From contig OZ242311.1 in the NCBI GenBank assembly GCA_965207885.1, forward strand, positions 6,144,001-6,208,000: 64,000 nucleotides of DNA, given 5' to 3'. The DNA comes from Candidatus Latescibacterota bacterium. GTDB taxonomy: Bacteria > Latescibacterota > UBA2968. The notes beneath the pieces are model-generated. The model was not told the DNA's origin. It saw nothing but the letters and a program-made list of their open reading frames with translations, and searched no databases. How positions within the stretch are numbered: position 1 is the first letter of the stretch; the number at the start of each line of letters is the position of its first letter. Below, in pieces: positions 59,120 to 64,000 of this stretch. A program made the translations under genes and the position numbers.

Positions 59120-59409
59120 TGACACACGCAGAATTAAAAATGAAGGCTCTCGCAGACCCCGAAACCAGGGCAGAGTATGAAGCTCAAAAACCTGAGTTTG
59201 AATTGCTCGACAAGCTGTTAGAAGCCCGAAAACGCGCTGGTCTGACCCAGGAACAGGTCGCCGAGAAGATGGGCACCAAAGCAACGGCAATCACCCGCTT
59301 AGAGTCTGCGAATAGCAATCACTCGCCATCTGTTCACACGCTGCAAAAATTCGCTGAAGCTGTCGGCTGTCAGCTCAAAATTGAACTGATACCCCACAGT
59401 ACGCGATAA
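59116..59409 (+). CDS. XRE-family HTH antitoxin
   Basis: ARKRAGLTQEQVAEKMGT...ITRLES. Confidence 0.9.
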   Translation: MMTHAELKMKALADPETRAEYEAQKPEFELLDKLLEARKRAGLTQEQVAEKMGTKATAITRLESANSNHSPSVHTLQKFAEAVGCQLKIELIPHSTR

Positions 59410-59508
59410 ACGTTTGTATCTCTCGCTTGCGGATCTCGATCGCTCGGGCGGCATCACGCTTACACACAAAATAGGTCCGTCGCCAGTTGCTCACAAAAAT
59501 ACCGCCCT

Positions 59509-59568
59509 CCCGATATAGGAGAGCGGCATAGGATGGATTGGTGCTATGAACCGACGCCTGTATTCTTC
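59509..59568 (+). repeat. Direct repeat, right of the TA module (partner 58690-58750)
   Basis: cccgatataggagagcggcata...ccgacgcctgtattcttc. Confidence 0.8.
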
Positions 59569-59870
59569 TATCCCTTCAGTTCCACAATAATATTCCGCCA
59601 GGGTCCATCCCCCACATTGATAGCCTCGTGTACATCTTCGCCATCGACATCTCGCCATTGCACCTGCCCATCCACCATATCGCGGGCCTCGCGTTTGACA
59701 CCATCTGACGAGACACCCTGGAGCTTTCCCCCGCCGATAACCACGTACAAATAGTCATTCTCGTGCCGGTGCATGCCCGTACTCTCGCCCGGGGCAAGCG
59801 CGAGATCCCAAACGCGCACGCGGTCGTTTTCAAAAAGCAATTTGGTACCAATATCTTCAGATATATTCAT
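59568..59870 (-). CDS. Cupin-domain protein
   Basis: LFENDRVRVW, HRHENDY, HEAINVG. Confidence 0.85.
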   Translation of the reverse strand: MNISEDIGTKLLFENDRVRVWDLALAPGESTGMHRHENDYLYVVIGGGKLQGVSSDGVKREARDMVDGQVQWRDVDGEDVHEAINVGDGPWRNIIVELKG

Positions 59871-59902
59871 GGCTTCGATCTCCTGTGGATAAGTGGTCTA
59901 TT

Positions 59903-60005
59903 AAAAAAAATTTACTGATATGTTTTCTGATAGACTGGATTGCGGCTCAACATCATGCCGCAATGACACCCCTCGTTTGTCACTCCTGCGAAAGCAGGAG
60001 TCCAG
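59903..60005 (-). repeat. REP-doublet element with AT-rich tail (full copy 2)
   Basis: ctggattgcggc..gccgcaatgac plus gtcactcctgcgaaagcaggagtccag. Confidence 0.8.
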
Positions 60006-60044
60006 TGGATTAACACAAAAAACTTATTTGACAAAACAAATTAG

Positions 60045-63163
<3,119 letters not shown>

Positions 63164-63176
<13 letters not shown>

Positions 63177-63205
63177 CGTCCATCGCTCATCGTCCATCGC
63201 TCATC
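63164..63205 (-). repeat. Heptamer tandem repeat, 6 copies (GATGAGC/GATGGAC)
   Basis: gctcatc gctcatc gtccatc gctcatc gtccatc gctcatc on the + strand. Confidence 0.9.
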
Positions 63206-64000
63206 GCCGCGCCAACCTCCCGCGCAACCCGGGGGCGACGCAACTTCCAGATCATGCCATCGTAAATAAAATGCATAAACGACGTGCCATACGTAAAAAC
63301 GAGAAAAATCGGAAGAGAAAGAAATTTGAGGCCATATAACAAGCCGCTGACCACAACAATAAAACCCGCAGTATAGGGCACAATACGCTTTCCCGCCCGC
63401 GTCAGCACAGGCGACGCAAACGCATCGAGTTTTGCCTTATTGTGAACCGTAAGCGCGACAAGGGCGATATATTCCGCGGCATGGCTAAAGCTGGTCGCAA
63501 TAAAAAGCGCGTCTGCAGATAAAATGGGCACAACGCCATACATGAACGCGACCGAAGCAAAAAAAAGCAATTTGGGCCAGTTGAGCTGCGCGCTCCGAAA
63601 CTCGTAGATAAGCCATGCAATAGTAACAGCAATAGCAGCGACATAGATCCCTTGCGCACCCACCTGCGGAAGCGGCGTCCCGATAAGCGTATGCAAATAA
63701 TGCATAACGCGACCTTCGACATCGGCCTGAAACGCAAACAGATACCCAAAACCCGCAATGCCCCAGAGATACGAAGTATAGGCATCGAGCTGTTTGTGCC
63801 CCCATTGTCCCTTGCCGGAATAAATCCGCAAAATGCCGTACTTTTGACGGACAAAATGGAAATAATTAAAAAGATACCAGAACGCGAACATCTCGGGCTC
63901 TTCAACCCGAAAATAATAACACAAGGCGACAAACCCCAGACACAGCACCGGGGTAATGAGATAAATCAGCCGCCGACGTTCAAATTCAATGCGATCGAGA
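63187..64000 (-). CDS. Polytopic membrane protein, 5'-truncated by the window edge
   Basis: Frame open to the edge; HFVRQKYGILRIY, H..EY, HFIYDG.IWKLR motifs. Confidence 0.75.
   Translation of the reverse strand, partial: LDRIEFERRRLIYLITPVLCLGFVALCYYFRVEEPEMFAFWYLFNYFHFVRQKYGILRIYSGKGQWGHKQLDAYTSYLWGIAGFGYLFAFQADVEGRVMHYLHTLIGTPLPQVGAQGIYVAAIAVTIAWLIYEFRSAQLNWPKLLFFASVAFMYGVVPILSADALFIATSFSHAAEYIALVALTVHNKAKLDAFASPVLTRAGKRIVPYTAGFIVVVSGLLYGLKFLSLPIFLVFTYGTSFMHFIYDGMIWKLRRPRVAREVGAAMSDGR

Overview
Bacterial chromosomal window of moderate GC. The gene content (DUF6785-type paralogues, PorV-like barrel, CTD-bearing protein, PhyH, many toxin-antitoxin modules) suggests an FCB-group organism such as Latescibacterota or Gemmatimonadota; this is inference. 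From left to right: (i) a minus-strand import/secretion locus with an OM barrel, TonB-dependent receptor, CTD-bearing secreted protein, PorV-like barrel and two polytopic membrane paralogues; (ii) an IS4-family element with IRs and TSD; (iii) a pectin/uronate catabolic cluster (PL10, DlgD, PL22-like and an enolase-superfamily dehydratase) split by about 29 kb of accreted cargo; (iv) within that cargo, an IS1341-type TnpB element, several TA modules and a DUF499/DUF1156/SNF2-helicase restriction-like system with extra ATPase-TOPRIM and nuclease genes between its core genes; (v) an ECF sigma/anti-sigma/catalytically degenerate HtrA operon, acs, Rpn, bioAD. The most unusual signal is architectural. 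Many cargo blocks are bracketed by 36-107 bp diverged direct copies of the extreme 3' or 5' end of a resident gene (seven such pairs, plus one intergenic pair). Several copies differ mostly at synonymous sites, and no integrase is present in the window.
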